From a virus, in the IMG/VR virus record IMGVR_UViG_3300044712_000499, positions 15,490 to 79,489 of that record: a DNA stretch of 64,000 bases. One strand, written 5' to 3'. Each line of letters starts with the position of its first letter. Position 1 is the first letter of the stretch. Shown here in pieces: positions 46,181-56,227 of the stretch. A program made the position numbers and the translations under genes. Under the pieces are notes generated by a model. The model ran no database searches. It worked only from the letters and a program-made list of their open reading frames with translations, and had not been told where the DNA came from.

Positions 46181-46615
46181 ATGCCTAAGAGTACTCCCAC
46201 CTGTACAAGTATTTTAAACCTGATGTACTGTGCAGTTACGTGGTCTAATGTTGCAGTTAACGCTACTGCTGGCCCATTGACAAATGTTGAATTAGCTCTC
46301 CATACAGCCACCTTGACACCGGCAACCGACAGTCAGGAAGAGAATGAGACTGCCTATAGTAATAAAGCTAGGGTAGCCGTGGCTAGATCAGCCGTTGGAT
46401 GGACTGTAGCTTCAGGAACAGCCGAAAATGCTGCCCTTGCTGCCTTTCCTAAGTGCGGTGTTACTGGCTCTACTGTGACCTATCTTTCAACAGGTACAGA
46501 CCATACAGGCGCAGGACACGTATGGCACTATGGAGAGATGAATAGTCCTCTTGCAGTAGCCCTCAACATTACACCTCAATTTCCTGCCGGAAACATAGTA
46601 ATTCAGGAAACCTAG
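46181..46615 (+). CDS. Putative tail/decoration structural protein
   Basis: LALHTA....E..Y....RVAV.R...GW.V......N.A...FP pattern. Confidence 0.65.
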   Translation: MPKSTPTCTSILNLMYCAVTWSNVAVNATAGPLTNVELALHTATLTPATDSQEENETAYSNKARVAVARSAVGWTVASGTAENAALAAFPKCGVTGSTVTYLSTGTDHTGAGHVWHYGEMNSPLAVALNITPQFPAGNIVIQET

Positions 46616-46885
46616 ATGGACGCAAGAACACCAAGAGAAAAACTTCTATGGAACCTCATAGGTGAGCCTCTTTACTATTGTAAGGAGTGTCTGAAATATG
46701 TGAGTGTTACTACTAAGGATGGTGTTGTGACTGTAAAGAGACATTGTGAGCATGATGATGCTGAGATAATAGCACCAAGGAAAGCATCTCTTTCAGGTAA
46801 GGGCTTTGCGGGGTTAAGACTAGCGACCAAAGTAAAGGTTAGATATCAACAGATAGCTTCAAAGATTACAGGTAGGAACGTATGA
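46616..46885 (+). CDS. Hypothetical protein
   Basis: 89-aa ORF with CKEC. Confidence 0.6.
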   Translation: MDARTPREKLLWNLIGEPLYYCKECLKYVSVTTKDGVVTVKRHCEHDDAEIIAPRKASLSGKGFAGLRLATKVKVRYQQIASKITGRNV

Positions 46886-47727
46886 TTAAGACAGTATCAG
46901 ACATAGCAGACGCATACGCAGCGGGAAGGGTTCACCTACAGCCTTTCATTAAGGTATGGCCTTCTGGCTTTGCTACGGCTAATGCTTGGTGGGACTGCAC
47001 TATGGCTGGTAACTTTCCAAAGGCTTCTTACTATGCAGGGGATGACCTTAAATTCACTCCCTATCCTACGGGTAATCATCTGTCTTTCTTCCATGGTGGT
47101 AATGTATCTCCCAAGCAAAAGATTCTAAGAACGGTTGATCTTTATGGAAACAACGCTACTCTTACACCTTCAAGATATATACTCTGTGATTACTTAGGCT
47201 TTGCAAGTGGTATATCATGGGAAACCAACGACCTGCAAGAGATTGATAATGCCTATACTCTTCCAAGATATGCAGATGGTAAGGGCGTAAGAGCCTTTAT
47301 CGTTCAACTCTTTGGTAATAACGCTAACTCAGTTTATACTGTAAATTATCGCAACTGTGCAGATCAGGACGTTACATCTCAGGTTCAGACAGGAAATGCT
47401 TTAAGTACGGGTGCTTTACAACATGCTAGAACATCTGCTAATTACAACCCCTTTATTGATATGAACGCAGGTGATTGTGGTATTAAAAGAGTTAATAGCA
47501 TTAGTGTTTCTTCAGTGGGAGCAGGTATAGCCGTTCTAGTACTCGTTAAGCCTATAGCAGAAATAATATTCAGAGATTTGCAGTGCCCGACAGAGGTTGA
47601 CTATCTTACACAGAAATACGAGACACCTATAATATATGATGGTGCTTGCTTAAACTTCTTAATGACAAGCGTTGGCTCTCCGGCAACATGTATAACAGAA
47701 GGATATATGGAATTTATATGGACTTAA
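46882..47727 (+). CDS. Putative structural protein (paralogue of 47740-48885)
   Basis: Shares RYADG.G.RA, AGD.GI, VLVKPI and IYD.A.LNFL with the next gene. Confidence 0.65.
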   Translation: MIKTVSDIADAYAAGRVHLQPFIKVWPSGFATANAWWDCTMAGNFPKASYYAGDDLKFTPYPTGNHLSFFHGGNVSPKQKILRTVDLYGNNATLTPSRYILCDYLGFASGISWETNDLQEIDNAYTLPRYADGKGVRAFIVQLFGNNANSVYTVNYRNCADQDVTSQVQTGNALSTGALQHARTSANYNPFIDMNAGDCGIKRVNSISVSSVGAGIAVLVLVKPIAEIIFRDLQCPTEVDYLTQKYETPIIYDGACLNFLMTSVGSPATCITEGYMEFIWT

Positions 47728-47739
47728 TAATTTAAAGAT

Positions 47740-48885
47740 ATGGGGTTTTCGAGTGTTGACGATTTCGTCAGTGAAGCCACAACGGGTGGTAAAATATGGC
47801 ATCAGGACTTTGTAAAGACAAGTGCCGTGTCAGTAGCTCATGTAGCGGGTAACTGTTACGATTGGGCGGTACATGCAGGTTCTCCTGTAGCTAACCTTTA
47901 TACAGGGGTTACTAAGGTAGCAGCAACTCCAACAGATATTGGAATAGGTGGTGGTATCTATCATGGGGGTAACACACCTTCGGGACAGACCAAGCATCTT
48001 ATTAATATAGGAGCTTACTCAGCAGTAGCAACAGCAGTACCAAGCGTACTTCAGCTTTGTGATTCGGTGATGTATTACCCGACACTGGACTGCAAGAGTA
48101 CAAGTGCTAACGACATGATAAACAGTAATACTTTTACGGCAGATAGTAACTCTGGTTTGCGTTTAGCATACACGAATGATTTTGCAAGTTATACTACTGT
48201 TAAGTTTACTGGGGCTGATCTCCCAACGGGATTAAATACAACCGATATATTTTATCTTGTAAGGGTTGATTCTACCCACGCAAGAGTAGCAACAACTCTC
48301 GCTAATGCTATTGCTGGTACTGTCATTACTTATACGAATGCAGGATCAGGAACACTAACTATGACAGTAACTCCTAATAGATATGCTGATGGTGCAGGAC
48401 TAAGAGCTTATGTAGTTCTTACTGTTCAGTCAGGTAACGGTGCTACCACTCCTGTTATGACAATGACATATTATAATCAGGACGGTAATGAGAAGACAAT
48501 GGGTGCTACCGTTAACTTCACCACAGGAGGTACAAACATCCCGCAGTTAGGCAAGATACTTCACTCAGGTATCGCAGCTAACAACTACGGGTTCTTCCTT
48601 CCTCTTGCAGCAGGTGATTCGGGAATAAGGGGAATAAAGACAGCTACCTTTACCACGGCTTACACAACTGCAACAACTCTTACAGCAGCTATTGTTCTGG
48701 TTAAGCCAATATGTGCCATACCGATAGTAGCAGCCTCGGTAGCCGCAGAGAGAAACCTAATGTCACAGTTACCTAGTTTACCAAGGATATATGATCACGC
48801 AGCACTTAACTTCTTACAGTTTACAGGAGGCGCAACAGCAACCGCCACAGCCATCAATGGATATATAGAAACAGCATGGGGTTAA
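47740..48885 (+). CDS. Putative structural protein (paralogue of 46882-47727, with ~100-aa Thr-rich insertion)
   Basis: As above; Thr/Ala/Gly-rich. Confidence 0.65.
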   Translation: MGFSSVDDFVSEATTGGKIWHQDFVKTSAVSVAHVAGNCYDWAVHAGSPVANLYTGVTKVAATPTDIGIGGGIYHGGNTPSGQTKHLINIGAYSAVATAVPSVLQLCDSVMYYPTLDCKSTSANDMINSNTFTADSNSGLRLAYTNDFASYTTVKFTGADLPTGLNTTDIFYLVRVDSTHARVATTLANAIAGTVITYTNAGSGTLTMTVTPNRYADGAGLRAYVVLTVQSGNGATTPVMTMTYYNQDGNEKTMGATVNFTTGGTNIPQLGKILHSGIAANNYGFFLPLAAGDSGIRGIKTATFTTAYTTATTLTAAIVLVKPICAIPIVAASVAAERNLMSQLPSLPRIYDHAALNFLQFTGGATATATAINGYIETAWG

Positions 48886-49661
48886 TAATGAATGTATATA
48901 GGGATTCTGTCATACCGTTCACTCAGTTCGGTGGAACCTCTATGTCTTCTGAGTTCCCTAACTTCAATGGTGAGGAGAATTGGATAACTCTCTTTGCGGG
49001 GGAAGGTGGATTCACTCATCAAACATCTATGCCTGATGGTTACTATCCTCCTACTACATGGAAACTACCTTTAACAGAGGGTAATCTTGTTGCCCGTAAT
49101 AGAATAATTGGCACAGGAAGTCTTGCAGTAACAGGTCAGTTAGGCTATGAGTTAGCGGCAACACTTAACATGACTGGCTCCGGTGGTATTACAACTGCAC
49201 TAGGGGAATTGGTAGCTGACTTACTAGCGACTCTTACAGGAGAAGGAAGCCTTACAACTGATATAGAGGGTATCCTTGAAGGTATTGCCACGCTATCAGG
49301 AATAGGGGATATAAACGCCACCATAGATGCTATTGCAGAGATGACAGTCCTGCTCGCAGGAGAAGGTACTATCATATCAGACTCAGAGGGATTGGGAGAT
49401 ATGGAGGTAACTATTCGTTCTTATGGCTCTCTTACTCCCGAAGGTATCAGAGATGCAGTGTGGAGTGCAGCAGCGTCTTCGTTTAATGTCACGGGAACAA
49501 TGGGTCAGAAACTCAATAGTGCAGCATCAGGTGGTGTGGACTACGATGCTCTTGCAGAAGCCGTATGGGATGGAGAGACAAGTGGCAGAACGGGTACTCA
49601 GGCCGGTAAAGTTCTCACCGATATCAAATCCAAGACAAATTTAATACCAGGATTATTCTAA
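48876..49661 (+). CDS. Putative tail-associated structural protein
   Basis: Repeated A.L.G.G.L units; IRDAVW and LAEAVW repeats. Confidence 0.6.
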   Translation: MGLIMNVYRDSVIPFTQFGGTSMSSEFPNFNGEENWITLFAGEGGFTHQTSMPDGYYPPTTWKLPLTEGNLVARNRIIGTGSLAVTGQLGYELAATLNMTGSGGITTALGELVADLLATLTGEGSLTTDIEGILEGIATLSGIGDINATIDAIAEMTVLLAGEGTIISDSEGLGDMEVTIRSYGSLTPEGIRDAVWSAAASSFNVTGTMGQKLNSAASGGVDYDALAEAVWDGETSGRTGTQAGKVLTDIKSKTNLIPGLF

Positions 49662-49677
49662 CTTAATACTTAAAGCA

Positions 49678-49710
49678 ATGGGATGTAAGAAACCACCTAA
49701 GAAAAAGTAA
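49678..49710 (+). CDS. Candidate 10-aa basic micropeptide MGCKKPPKKK
   Basis: ATG...TAA with an A/T-rich leader, directly after the preceding stop. Confidence 0.35.
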   Translation: MGCKKPPKKK

Positions 49711-49798
49711 TCTGAAATACGATTGCCCGCTAAAGAGAATATCTAAATAAGAGTTCTCTTTTTTGTTTGTATCTTTGTACATCTTAAAAGAGTAAGTT

Positions 49799-51055
49799 AT
49801 GTCACCTGGAATAAGAATAGGTAGAACAAGTATAGGAAGTAAACAGGAGAGTTCGTACTGGACTCCCCTAAATATCGTTTCAAAGATATTATTTTGGGGA
49901 AAGGTATCAGAGATTTCCGCAGGACAGATGCCAAATAAGGTTACTGGCGCAACTGATTTTCTCACAGTAGCCGGAAGCCCTTATACTTTTCAGACTCCGA
50001 ATACTGCTGCATACAAGTCTGCCGATACTGATTATATTTGGTTCAAAACTGATGCTACACAGAGAACAACTACAACGGCTGAATTAATTGGCTATGACCT
50101 TCAAAGAACACCTGTAAAATACGGCGATGTAAGTCCGAATACCTTAACTGAAATAGTTATCTTAAAAGCAGGTGAATCATTAACAACATCAGAAGTTAAT
50201 TCACTTCACGCCTATATGCACCTTTCAATGTTTTGGAGCGGGGTTGAAAATGATTATGGTTATCTTAAAGATAATCGTGTAGGTCAGCAGTTATGGACAC
50301 CTGAATCAGTTTATGATGATGCAACAGTAGCTTTCTTAGCAAGGATAGGAACCGCAATGAGTGAACCACAAGAGGCCGCATTAGATACTCTAATTAAGGC
50401 AGCAAAAGAACATAGCTGGTGGGAGCCTTTCAAAGTTATTCGTTTATATCATTTGCATACAGAAGCTGATTCATTACTTAATGTCAAGGGAAATACAAAT
50501 GCAGCAGCCAAGATTAGTACACCCGCATTTACAGCATACTCAGGATGGGTAAGTGATGGAGCTGCCAAAGGAATAGATGAAAATTACACCCCGTCAACAG
50601 AGGGAGATATGACACAAAACGATGCCTCTCTTATTGAGTATGTTTCAAATGTACCGGGAAGTGGGAGCAATAAGTTTTCGGGCGCAGATGACGGTACACG
50701 ATTTATTACACTTGGTAACTCTGCTGGGACAACGGGTCTTGGGCGAATGAATGAGGGGTCGGCCACATCTACAGCTATTGCATCTTATACGAGTGGATTA
50801 TTAGGGATAATAAGAAGTGCTGCAACTACAAAAATGCTGCTCAATAATGCGAATAAAACAGATGACACGGATGCTTCAAATGGATTGCCTACACGGAGTA
50901 TCTCTACCGGGTGTTATAATAACAATGGGACATATCTCTATGGGTCGAGCGTAAAAGTATTTAAGGCAAGACTTATAGGAAAGGCAATAAGCCAAGCGAC
51001 ATTTAATTTAATAAAAACAGATTTAGAAACATTTTTTACTGCATTTACAGCATGA
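49799..51055 (+). CDS. Putative tail fibre/receptor-binding protein
   Basis: Multi-domain beta-rich 418 aa in the tail block; promoter at 49770. Confidence 0.55.
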   Translation: MSPGIRIGRTSIGSKQESSYWTPLNIVSKILFWGKVSEISAGQMPNKVTGATDFLTVAGSPYTFQTPNTAAYKSADTDYIWFKTDATQRTTTTAELIGYDLQRTPVKYGDVSPNTLTEIVILKAGESLTTSEVNSLHAYMHLSMFWSGVENDYGYLKDNRVGQQLWTPESVYDDATVAFLARIGTAMSEPQEAALDTLIKAAKEHSWWEPFKVIRLYHLHTEADSLLNVKGNTNAAAKISTPAFTAYSGWVSDGAAKGIDENYTPSTEGDMTQNDASLIEYVSNVPGSGSNKFSGADDGTRFITLGNSAGTTGLGRMNEGSATSTAIASYTSGLLGIIRSAATTKMLLNNANKTDDTDASNGLPTRSISTGCYNNNGTYLYGSSVKVFKARLIGKAISQATFNLIKTDLETFFTAFTA

Positions 51056-52539
51056 TTACAATAGCATACGGAATGACAGGCAAGCAGGTCAGGGATGCCT
51101 TGCTGGCAAACTACAATGAGATAGAGAATAATTCTCTTGGTGCTTCTGAAGCTATAATTACAGAAGTTACTACAAGTCAAACTGTGGCTAATTTTATGAC
51201 TTCTATAAATACAAAATTCACACAACTCGCATTAAGAATATGTAAAGAATCTCCTGCACATACCGAAGTATCTCCAACAACAGAGGATATAGCGACTGTT
51301 TTAAACTCTAATTTTACATTATTTGACGGCTATTCTGATGATTTTCTTACAGACGGAGTTCCTTTTTGGTTAGATGTAAAACAAAAAACCATTCCCCCCA
51401 AGGGGGCTGCAAATATACTGGCACAACAAGATTCATGGAAACTTGGGTATTATACCGGAGAAGATGTTTTGTATTTGAGTGCTGATAATGGATTAACATG
51501 GCCTTACTCAATTGCCTTTGCGAGTGGGTGTGACAAGATAAGAACGGTTCATGTATTTAAGAACGGTAATGTATTTATAGGGATAAGGGAAAATAAGATA
51601 TTTTACTCTAATACTTTGCTCAGTACCCTATCTGAGATTACCTGTAAAGATATTGATGGTGAAAATTTAGCATTTCACGAACCAGTAAATGCATCTTATC
51701 CTGGGTCTTATTTTTCATCATTCAGAGGCAATTCGTTTGTTAAAGACGGTGTTGAGGTATTTGTTTTTGGTAATTACCCCCATCATGCAGACTATGGTGC
51801 TGCTCCTATATTAATGTATAGGATAAGGGATGATGCGGCGGATTGTAAGGTTATTTATAAATTTGGACAGAACCCGGTAGAAAGAGATAACGGGGGGGCT
51901 GAAGGAGCGGCAGAGGGGAATCTACTTGGAGATGTCTCAAATGAAGTCTTTTGTAAACATTTTCATTACTGTAATTACGATTACTATCATGATGAGTTAT
52001 GGGTACAGACGGGAGACAACACTACTCCGGCAGAGATTAAGTTTATGAAAAGTCCTTATGATGTTGGCAATGACACATGGGACTGGACGGTGTATAATAT
52101 GTCTGCTTTAAGTGGTTATTTCAGGGCGGTTGCCCTTGATTTCTATAATAATGGTATTAGCTGTATATGGGGTTCGGATGCTAACAAAAAGATATATAAA
52201 GTGCCTTATGCTCAACTCACTACGGCACTCACTAATCATACCGCTAAATTTACAATGAATCAAAATATATTAGGGATGTCACCGTATGGAGAAAAGATGT
52301 TTGCTATCGGTGGGCCAGAAGTACCGGGGGAAATAGCCGTAAGTGTTGATTATGGAGAAACGTGGAGTATTGTAACAACTCCTTATCTTAATATTATAGG
52401 AGCATTAACCACTAAAATGATTTGCAGACTTTGGGATATTGATACTGACGGATATGCTTTGATTCATAGAAGTCAGATCGTTCCATTATATGCTAAAGAA
52501 AGCTACTTATTAAAGATTAAATCAAAGCCAGTGCATTAG
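51052..52539 (+). CDS. Putative tail spike with Asp-box (BNR) beta-propeller
   Basis: S.DNGLTW and SVDYGETW Asp-boxes. Confidence 0.6.
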   Translation: MITIAYGMTGKQVRDALLANYNEIENNSLGASEAIITEVTTSQTVANFMTSINTKFTQLALRICKESPAHTEVSPTTEDIATVLNSNFTLFDGYSDDFLTDGVPFWLDVKQKTIPPKGAANILAQQDSWKLGYYTGEDVLYLSADNGLTWPYSIAFASGCDKIRTVHVFKNGNVFIGIRENKIFYSNTLLSTLSEITCKDIDGENLAFHEPVNASYPGSYFSSFRGNSFVKDGVEVFVFGNYPHHADYGAAPILMYRIRDDAADCKVIYKFGQNPVERDNGGAEGAAEGNLLGDVSNEVFCKHFHYCNYDYYHDELWVQTGDNTTPAEIKFMKSPYDVGNDTWDWTVYNMSALSGYFRAVALDFYNNGISCIWGSDANKKIYKVPYAQLTTALTNHTAKFTMNQNILGMSPYGEKMFAIGGPEVPGEIAVSVDYGETWSIVTTPYLNIIGALTTKMICRLWDIDTDGYALIHRSQIVPLYAKESYLLKIKSKPVH

Positions 52540-52627
52540 TGCAGTTGGTACTTGATGACACTAACTTTTCTTTAAAATAATTTGTTTATCTCGTTCTCAT
52601 AGCATATCTTTACCAAAAAAAGATACT

Positions 52628-53530
52628 ATGAAAACATTCAACGAGATCATCCCTGAGTTCTTGATGGTAGTCAAAATACAAGTCTCAGATAAGGTTTACA
52701 AGACCTATGGGGCGCAACTAAGACGCTTCTCTGCCTTCCTCGACACTAACAAGTCATCACATCTGCTCATTAAAGAGATACCAAATACTTTAGTGGGCAA
52801 TTTCTTTCTCGAACTTGCCTCCACGCATCACTTAGACCGTCCCACCTGTCAGAAGTACTTCATATCACTTAGGCGTCTTTGGCAGTATGCAGTCAAACAT
52901 GGCTACTCAGACAACCTTCCCTTTGATACGGTAGAGTTCCCGAAGAAGGGAGAGGATATGTCTAGTGAGGTTATATCGCCAGAAGACACAAAAACATTGC
53001 TCATGGAGTTTGAAAAGAAAGACCCTCAGTTATATTTAGCGGCACTTACGCAGTACTATTGTTTTTTAAGACCAGGAAAAGAATTAAGGCTCTTGCGGGT
53101 TAAAGATATAGATTTTAATAATGGGCTCATACGTGTACCACAGGAGAGAGCAAAGAACGGTCATGCAAGGACTGTCACTATGCCCAATCATTTAATAGAT
53201 GAGTACCACAAACAAGGAGTTGACAAGGCTGATAGTAGTCTCTTCGTCTTTGGCAAACGTAAGAAACCCGACATAAGACCCGTTAGTATTAATATGCTAC
53301 GTTATAGGTTCAATAAATACAGAGATAAACACGGGATGTCTAAAAAATACCACTGGTACAGTTTTAAGCACGGAGGAGCCTCCATGTTGCATGACTCACG
53401 CCTAGTGTCTATGAGAGAACTAATGGATCAGCTTGGTCACAGTAAACTGTCGGCAACAGAGCACTACCTAAAAAAATTATCAACAGGTGTTAATACAAGG
53501 ATAAAAGAGTCATTCCCTGCACCTTATTAG
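52628..53530 (+). CDS. Tyrosine recombinase/integrase
   Basis: SAM-like N-domain; LRPGKEL (R), KNG (K), YSFKH, LGHS, TEHY (Y). Confidence 0.9.
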   Translation: MKTFNEIIPEFLMVVKIQVSDKVYKTYGAQLRRFSAFLDTNKSSHLLIKEIPNTLVGNFFLELASTHHLDRPTCQKYFISLRRLWQYAVKHGYSDNLPFDTVEFPKKGEDMSSEVISPEDTKTLLMEFEKKDPQLYLAALTQYYCFLRPGKELRLLRVKDIDFNNGLIRVPQERAKNGHARTVTMPNHLIDEYHKQGVDKADSSLFVFGKRKKPDIRPVSINMLRYRFNKYRDKHGMSKKYHWYSFKHGGASMLHDSRLVSMRELMDQLGHSKLSATEHYLKKLSTGVNTRIKESFPAPY

Positions 53531-54276
53531 AAGCTAATTATACTATAACTTAAGCCAACTCCGACAAATGGCGACAATCCACTACGGCAAATGGCATATC
53601 CGGCACTTACCCCCATTCCATATTTCTTTGGCTTTGGCACGTCTGTCTTATAGGACGCTATACTTATGGTTCTGAGATAAGGGTTGTCTGTATAAAGATT
53701 CAGTATAGGTTTCTTGTTCTTGTCTATCCCACTAACGGCATTAACTTCTATTCCCATACTCAGGTCTATACCGAGTTTGCCTTCTTCATTGAACCGTCCT
53801 TTAAGGCTTAACCACTTATCGGTCTTTTCAAAGGTAAACGGAAGTAGTATTGCTTTTTGATGCAACATAGACATCGTGTCTATGTTATTGTCTATGTTCG
53901 TGATTTGCGAATTGAGAATTGTTATTATCTGCCCGTCATGGGTAATATCTTCAAGCAAGGTGTCTATCCTTAATTTAAGCCTTGATATCTCATTTGCCTG
54001 TTTAAGACCTAATGCCTTTAACTCTTTCTTCTCAAAGATGTCTTGTTTTCTCAGTTCTTTCTCTGTCATGAGTTCCTGTTCAACCTTTGTTACCTGGTAC
54101 TCGGTATCGTTGATCTCAACTGACATTCTCTGTATTTCTTTTTTCTGTGCCTCTATAGTCGTATTTAAGGCATTTTTATCTTTGGTAGCTCCAATGTACC
54201 AACCTCCAAAGAAGATGCCTAGAATCAACAACCCTATGGCTAGAATTAAATATTTATTGGGTATTGTGTAACTCAT
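53527..54276 (-). CDS. Putative spanin-like lysis protein
   Basis: N-terminal TM helix, coiled coil, C-terminal G.SAGY...PFVGVGLSY beta motif; next to the endolysin. Confidence 0.55.
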   Translation of the reverse strand: MSYTIPNKYLILAIGLLILGIFFGGWYIGATKDKNALNTTIEAQKKEIQRMSVEINDTEYQVTKVEQELMTEKELRKQDIFEKKELKALGLKQANEISRLKLRIDTLLEDITHDGQIITILNSQITNIDNNIDTMSMLHQKAILLPFTFEKTDKWLSLKGRFNEEGKLGIDLSMGIEVNAVSGIDKNKKPILNLYTDNPYLRTISIASYKTDVPKPKKYGMGVSAGYAICRSGLSPFVGVGLSYSIISF

Positions 54277-54491
54277 GACTGTGGTTCTACTGATAATTTA
54301 CTCATGCCCTTAAATAATGCAATCAAAAGATTCGATATTCCCATACCCCACATTGTAAACTCTGTGCTGACAGGTTGTACTGCAAGAAAGAAAGCATTGA
54401 TAGCCGGAAGCCCCGTATAGAGCAAATAGTCTGCTATCAGTTTCCACTTCTTATGCGAAGGCTTATTGATGTTGTCTAATGAAAGTTCCAT
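54273..54491 (-). CDS. Putative holin
   Basis: 72 aa, two hydrophobic segments, between endolysin and spanin. Confidence 0.55.
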   Translation of the reverse strand: MELSLDNINKPSHKKWKLIADYLLYTGLPAINAFFLAVQPVSTEFTMWGMGISNLLIALFKGMSKLSVEPQS

Positions 54492-54494
54492 ATA

Positions 54495-55007
54495 TTAAAA
54501 TTTAGTGTGTTCTATGCGATTCAACCATCCCTTCATAAAAATTCTTAGTTCTGGTTTCCGTTGCACTAAAGTAACGTAAAACAGCTTTCTGCGTTTTATA
54601 AACTCATCCACTACGTTACCATTGAACTCTCTTATTGCACGTAGAGTCTTCTGTCCTATCACGCCATCATCCGTCTCTCCCACCAACCTCTGTAACATCT
54701 TAACCGAGGTAAAAGCTCCGGCATTAACTCCATGATCAAAAACGTGAAGAACTAACTCTTCGTTATCTATCTGTTCAACTCTCATCGGATTCCAATACAT
54801 AGAGTAGTAGATATCATCTATTTCTTCATCTGTAATATCTATAACGGGATTTGTAGGTAAGTTGTTCTTTAGGCGGTATGAGTCATATACGGCTTGTGTA
54901 ACCCCTTTCATCGTTGCATGTCCTGAGTCCAACGGGTGATTTGAGTAGCCCCCCTCGCTTTTGAGAACCACGGAAAGACATTTTGCAAATAAAGGGGAAT
55001 AACTCAT
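54495..55007 (-). CDS. Endolysin, glycoside hydrolase family 108 with PG-binding domain
   Basis: EGGYSNHPLDSG..T.KGVT, FD.GVN.G, DGVIG.KT, GWLNR. Confidence 0.92.
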   Translation of the reverse strand: MSYSPLFAKCLSVVLKSEGGYSNHPLDSGHATMKGVTQAVYDSYRLKNNLPTNPVIDITDEEIDDIYYSMYWNPMRVEQIDNEELVLHVFDHGVNAGAFTSVKMLQRLVGETDDGVIGQKTLRAIREFNGNVVDEFIKRRKLFYVTLVQRKPELRIFMKGWLNRIEHTKF

Positions 55008-55201
55008 GATGTTTTCTTATATCGTTCAATCTTTCTCTTGTGCAGGCTATGGCGCATTATCTGTATGGGCTTTGGGCAATTATCCGGTGGCATAGCCGAG
55101 GATAGACCTTCTGGCCTATCTGCATGCTTGCAGTCGTCAAGCGTTCTACACCCTTCACATTCTGGATAAGGGCTTTCATTAGTCTTCATCGGTGTTAGCA
55201 A
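55004..55201 (-). CDS. Small Cys-containing protein
   Basis: CEGC...C; start uncertain. Confidence 0.5.
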   Translation of the reverse strand: MLTPMKTNESPYPECEGCRTLDDCKHADRPEGLSSAMPPDNCPKPIQIMRHSLHKRKIERYKKTS

Positions 55202-55361
55202 TTAGGACTAAGACCCAAAAGACAAGAGCAATGAAAGCAAAGATATTCTTAGTTATAAGTAACCATAGCAAGAATATCGCTAGCGGGGACACGAAAATAA
55301 CGGCGTTACTCCGCAAAGCCTTCATCAGCTTTTCCCAATACTCATTAATTACCTGTTTCAT
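55179..55361 (-). CDS. Small membrane protein
   Basis: 60 aa with a long hydrophobic segment, in the lysis block. Confidence 0.45.
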   Translation of the reverse strand: MKQVINEYWEKLMKALRSNAVIFVSPLAIFLLWLLITKNIFAFIALVFWVLVLIANTDED

Positions 55362-55752
55362 TTATTTCTACGCTCCTTGTTTGAAGATTAGAATTAAGCA
55401 CCATTATATTACCCCTTAGTTCGGAACTCTTTTTATTAAACTCCTTGATAGCTCCCTGAACATCTGACGGCAAATATTGTTCCATAACCTGCGTCTGTGT
55501 CTCGAAAGTCATTATCAGCCTGTCAATGGCCTTAATGGAGGCTGAGTTTTCCATGATAAATTTGATGTTCTGAGTGTTTATCTCCGTCTGTTTCTTTGTG
55601 GCTGACCCTGATGCTATCTGTACTGAACCAATAGTAAGAAACGCCCCTAGGATAACAACAAGAACCGCAATGAAGAAGTTCTGCATACGAGTATATTTAT
55701 CATCATACTTCTTAGACAACTCTTTGATAAAGTTTTCCTGCTGTTCGCTCAT
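55345..55752 (-). CDS. Single-TM coiled-coil protein (lysis-associated?)
   Basis: TM helix followed by heptads. Confidence 0.6.
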   Translation of the reverse strand: MSEQQENFIKELSKKYDDKYTRMQNFFIAVLVVILGAFLTIGSVQIASGSATKKQTEINTQNIKFIMENSASIKAIDRLIMTFETQTQVMEQYLPSDVQGAIKEFNKKSSELRGNIMVLNSNLQTRSVEINETGN

Positions 55753-55764
55753 ATTAACGAAGTA

Positions 55765-56193
55765 TTAAAGGATTATACCTATCTGTATCTCTGTTGCTAC
55801 ACTAGCATAATGACCTGTTCTATCCCCATCTCCACCAAAAACCTTAACCACTGAACACTCTAGCCACTGCCCGTCTTTGCCATTGATTCTTCTTGGCTCT
55901 ATGTCGGCAAGTGCTGTCTGCTTCTCATGTACAGTAGCGTTAGACCTTACCACGTTCTGTAGCTGTCTCCATGTGACCACCCAAAGGTCTCCATCTGCAT
56001 TGGGTCTTACAAGAAAACCATTCTTGGCATAGTAAGCTGCTGCATGTGGTTCTGTCATCTCTGTAGGATGAACATGATCTATGTCGTGCAGGGTAACTAT
56101 AGGGTCAAAGGCATCTGTGGTGATGTCCTCTGTCCATGTATCGTCAACAAAGAGTGGTGTTGCGTACCCTGCGGTCTGATGTAAATTGCTCAT
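55765..56193 (-). CDS. Hypothetical protein
   Basis: 142 aa; own promoter at 56218-56225. Confidence 0.65.
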   Translation of the reverse strand: MSNLHQTAGYATPLFVDDTWTEDITTDAFDPIVTLHDIDHVHPTEMTEPHAAAYYAKNGFLVRPNADGDLWVVTWRQLQNVVRSNATVHEKQTALADIEPRRINGKDGQWLECSVVKVFGGDGDRTGHYASVATEIQIGIIL

Positions 56194-56227
56194 ATAATTG
56201 TATCTTAAAATATTTCACAAAGATAAC

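Noticed and set aside
52533-52565. tRNA-like TTAGTGCAGTTGGTA near the integrase as a possible attP
   Set aside because: The D-stem does not pair (GTGC versus CTTG) and no T-arm or acceptor follows.
49799-53530. Gin/Cin-type invertible tail-fibre shufflon
   Set aside because: No inverted repeats or opposite-strand alternative C-termini were visible.
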